A stretch of 64,000 nt of DNA from the NCBI RefSeq assembly GCF_037042905.1, contig NC_087263.1, positions 15,378,001-15,442,000 on the forward strand, given 5' to 3'. Shown in pieces: positions 62,200 through 64,000 of this stretch; positions within the stretch are counted from its first letter, which is position 1, and every line of letters begins with the position of its first letter. Source of the stretch: Lytechinus pictus. Taxonomy: Eukaryota. The notes beneath the pieces were generated by a model, which did no database searches, had not been told where the DNA came from, and saw only the letters and a list, made by a program, of their open reading frames with translations. Made by a program: the position numbers and the translations under genes.

Positions 62200-62651
62200 G
62201 AGCTGACTAAAGTTGCAAATATTTCGGTTGTGTGATGTCACTTGTGAACAACTCTCCCCATTACTTTATATTAGTATATATTTCACTTAAATTGCCTCTT
62301 TTATCACATCTATCATAGATCATGTGTTCGTTCTATAGGAGGGCATGTGATACAGATTTTTAAAGAATACATCATGGATAGAGAGTTTGTTTCACCATAA
62401 GAAACAGCAAAAAGAGACATTTTGAGGGTATTTCATAGTCCATCAAAGGGAAAGTTGTTCACATGTGACATCACACATCATTGTCGCATTGCCAATGGGA
62501 GGATCTCCATAGCATTAGTGATTTCAATATTCAAATACTCGTAACTTTCTCATTATTTGTCTGATTTTTCTCAAACTTTCTTTGTTCTTATTCTTTGATT
62601 TTTCTGTTTCGACACAAGCCTACTTGTTCCAAAGGTTTCATTCCCCTTTAA
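62200..62651. mobile_element. Kolobok-like element, one end retained
   Basis: Ends GGTTTCATTCCCCT|TTAA; inner TGTGATGTCAC.TGTGAACAACT / AGTTGTTCACATGTGACATCACA inverted pair. Confidence 0.45.
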
Positions 62652-63189
62652 CTCAGGAGAAACTCTCTACAACGCACCAATTCCTTTGAAAATGCAAGCC
62701 AAATCACAATGAAGAAGCTGAGCGGCTTTTGTCGAAAGCTGGTGGACCGGGACAGCATCGGAATTGTTCGGTGCAAATCAATGGTCTAAGTTAAACATGA
62801 CTTCAGGAATTCAAATATTCTATACAAGTGTCAGAACCTAACACAATGTAAGTGAATGGTTGTTGATTTCAAAGATAGTTCGATTGTTTGGTTGACTGAT
62901 TTTAATCACCGAGAATCTACTCTACATCTACAACTAATATAATACGATCATGAAAGTTCATCTGTTCATCAACTAATATAATACATTTTCCTAGGTGTTT
63001 ATTTAAATACAAATATAGATATTTGACTTTAAGAAATGTCTCTCTTCTCTATTTTAGAGTAAAATATGCTAATAATCCATTAGGCTCCCAAACGCATATA
63101 TTTTCGCCAAACTTTTATTCAAACTTTAACCATTTTCTATTTTTATTGAAACCTGTGACATCGAAGTGAACTTTCCCTTTAAAACTATG

Positions 63190-63745
63190 GCTTGTGCATG
63201 ATGAGAAATAACACTTTTCAGCACATACTTAATGAAAATGAAATAACATATAATAGGCCGCAGTGGCAGTTGCCTGAATGAGAAAAATACGTCTTTATAG
63301 CACATAGATCCTAATGGCAAATGCATGTTGGGAAATAAACATTATTAGCATGATTGTACTTAATGACATGATGAGGATATAACATTTTTAAAACAAATAC
63401 CCTCATCGCAATGAAGATGGGGAAAATAACAACGTTTAAGCACACTTAGGCCCTAGAGTGGAAATGCATGTTGGGAAATAAAACATTTTCAGCACATAGA
63501 TCCTAATGGTAAAAGTATGTTGGGAAATAAACTAAATTATCAGCACATACCTGATGAGAACACAACACTTTCGACACAAACGCTCTAATGGCGAATGTAT
63601 AATGATAAATGAGACCTTTTTCAGCACCTATATAAGAAATTCCATCAGCGAGGAATTAACACTTTCAACACAAATGCTCTAATGACAATGAGTTGATATG
63701 ACGATAAATGACAAGTTTTAGCATAGTAGGCCCTAATGGAGATGT
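63190..63745. repeat. Degenerate tandem repeat (~45-60-bp units)
   Basis: TTTCAGCACATA...CTAATGG...ATGTTGGGAAATAA modules recur. Confidence 0.55.
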
Positions 63746-64000
63746 TATTCCCCCTTATTTTCCCCTCTCAGACCACAACTTATTGTTTTCTTTATCATTT
63801 AGTTTACTCCCTCTTTCGGCCACAACTCATCCTGTTTCTATTCATCTTTTGTGTTTTTTTCGTCGTCCCGTTTTTTTAATAATTATTCTCGTTTCGTTTT
63901 AATTCTTGTTCCATTTCGTCTTTGTTAGTGTTATTTTGTTCTTGTTCTCTGCTATCAGTAAGTCTCCGTATGCAATTAGCAGCTTTGAGTCTCCCCCTCT

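Noticed and set aside
59730..64000. Search for SAT N-terminal exons
   Set aside because: No minus-strand segment resembling IRxA...I/ELAxYE with correct splice phase was found; they probably lie beyond the window.

Overview
AT-rich, repeat-dense eukaryotic (metazoan) genomic DNA with GT-AG introns. The SINE/MITE repertoire suggests an invertebrate deuterostome, probably a sea urchin (inference). Three spliced genes can be reconstructed by hand. (1) CCDC34 on + (5 coding exons, 4351-17382, 386 aa). (2) A 4-exon + strand gene (27504-46734, 239 aa) whose N-terminal half resembles bacterial antibiotic-biosynthesis-monooxygenase (ABM, dimeric alpha+beta barrel) proteins. (3) The last three coding exons of a SAT1/SAT2-like diamine N-acetyltransferase on - (56169-59694); its N-terminal exons were not found. 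The rest is a 5'-truncated L2/CR1-group LINE with an open RT frame, a Penelope GIY-YIG fragment, tRNA-derived SINEs, many MITEs (several nested), two Helentron-associated/Tsp-like elements and large simple repeats. Most notable: the intron-containing ABM-like gene, an apparent 7SL-RNA-headed SINE (55356-55545), tandem copies of an exon 3' end that create potential in-frame 42-nt cassette exons, and tandem amplification of the CCDC34 terminal coding segment. All family assignments come from motif recognition, not database searches.
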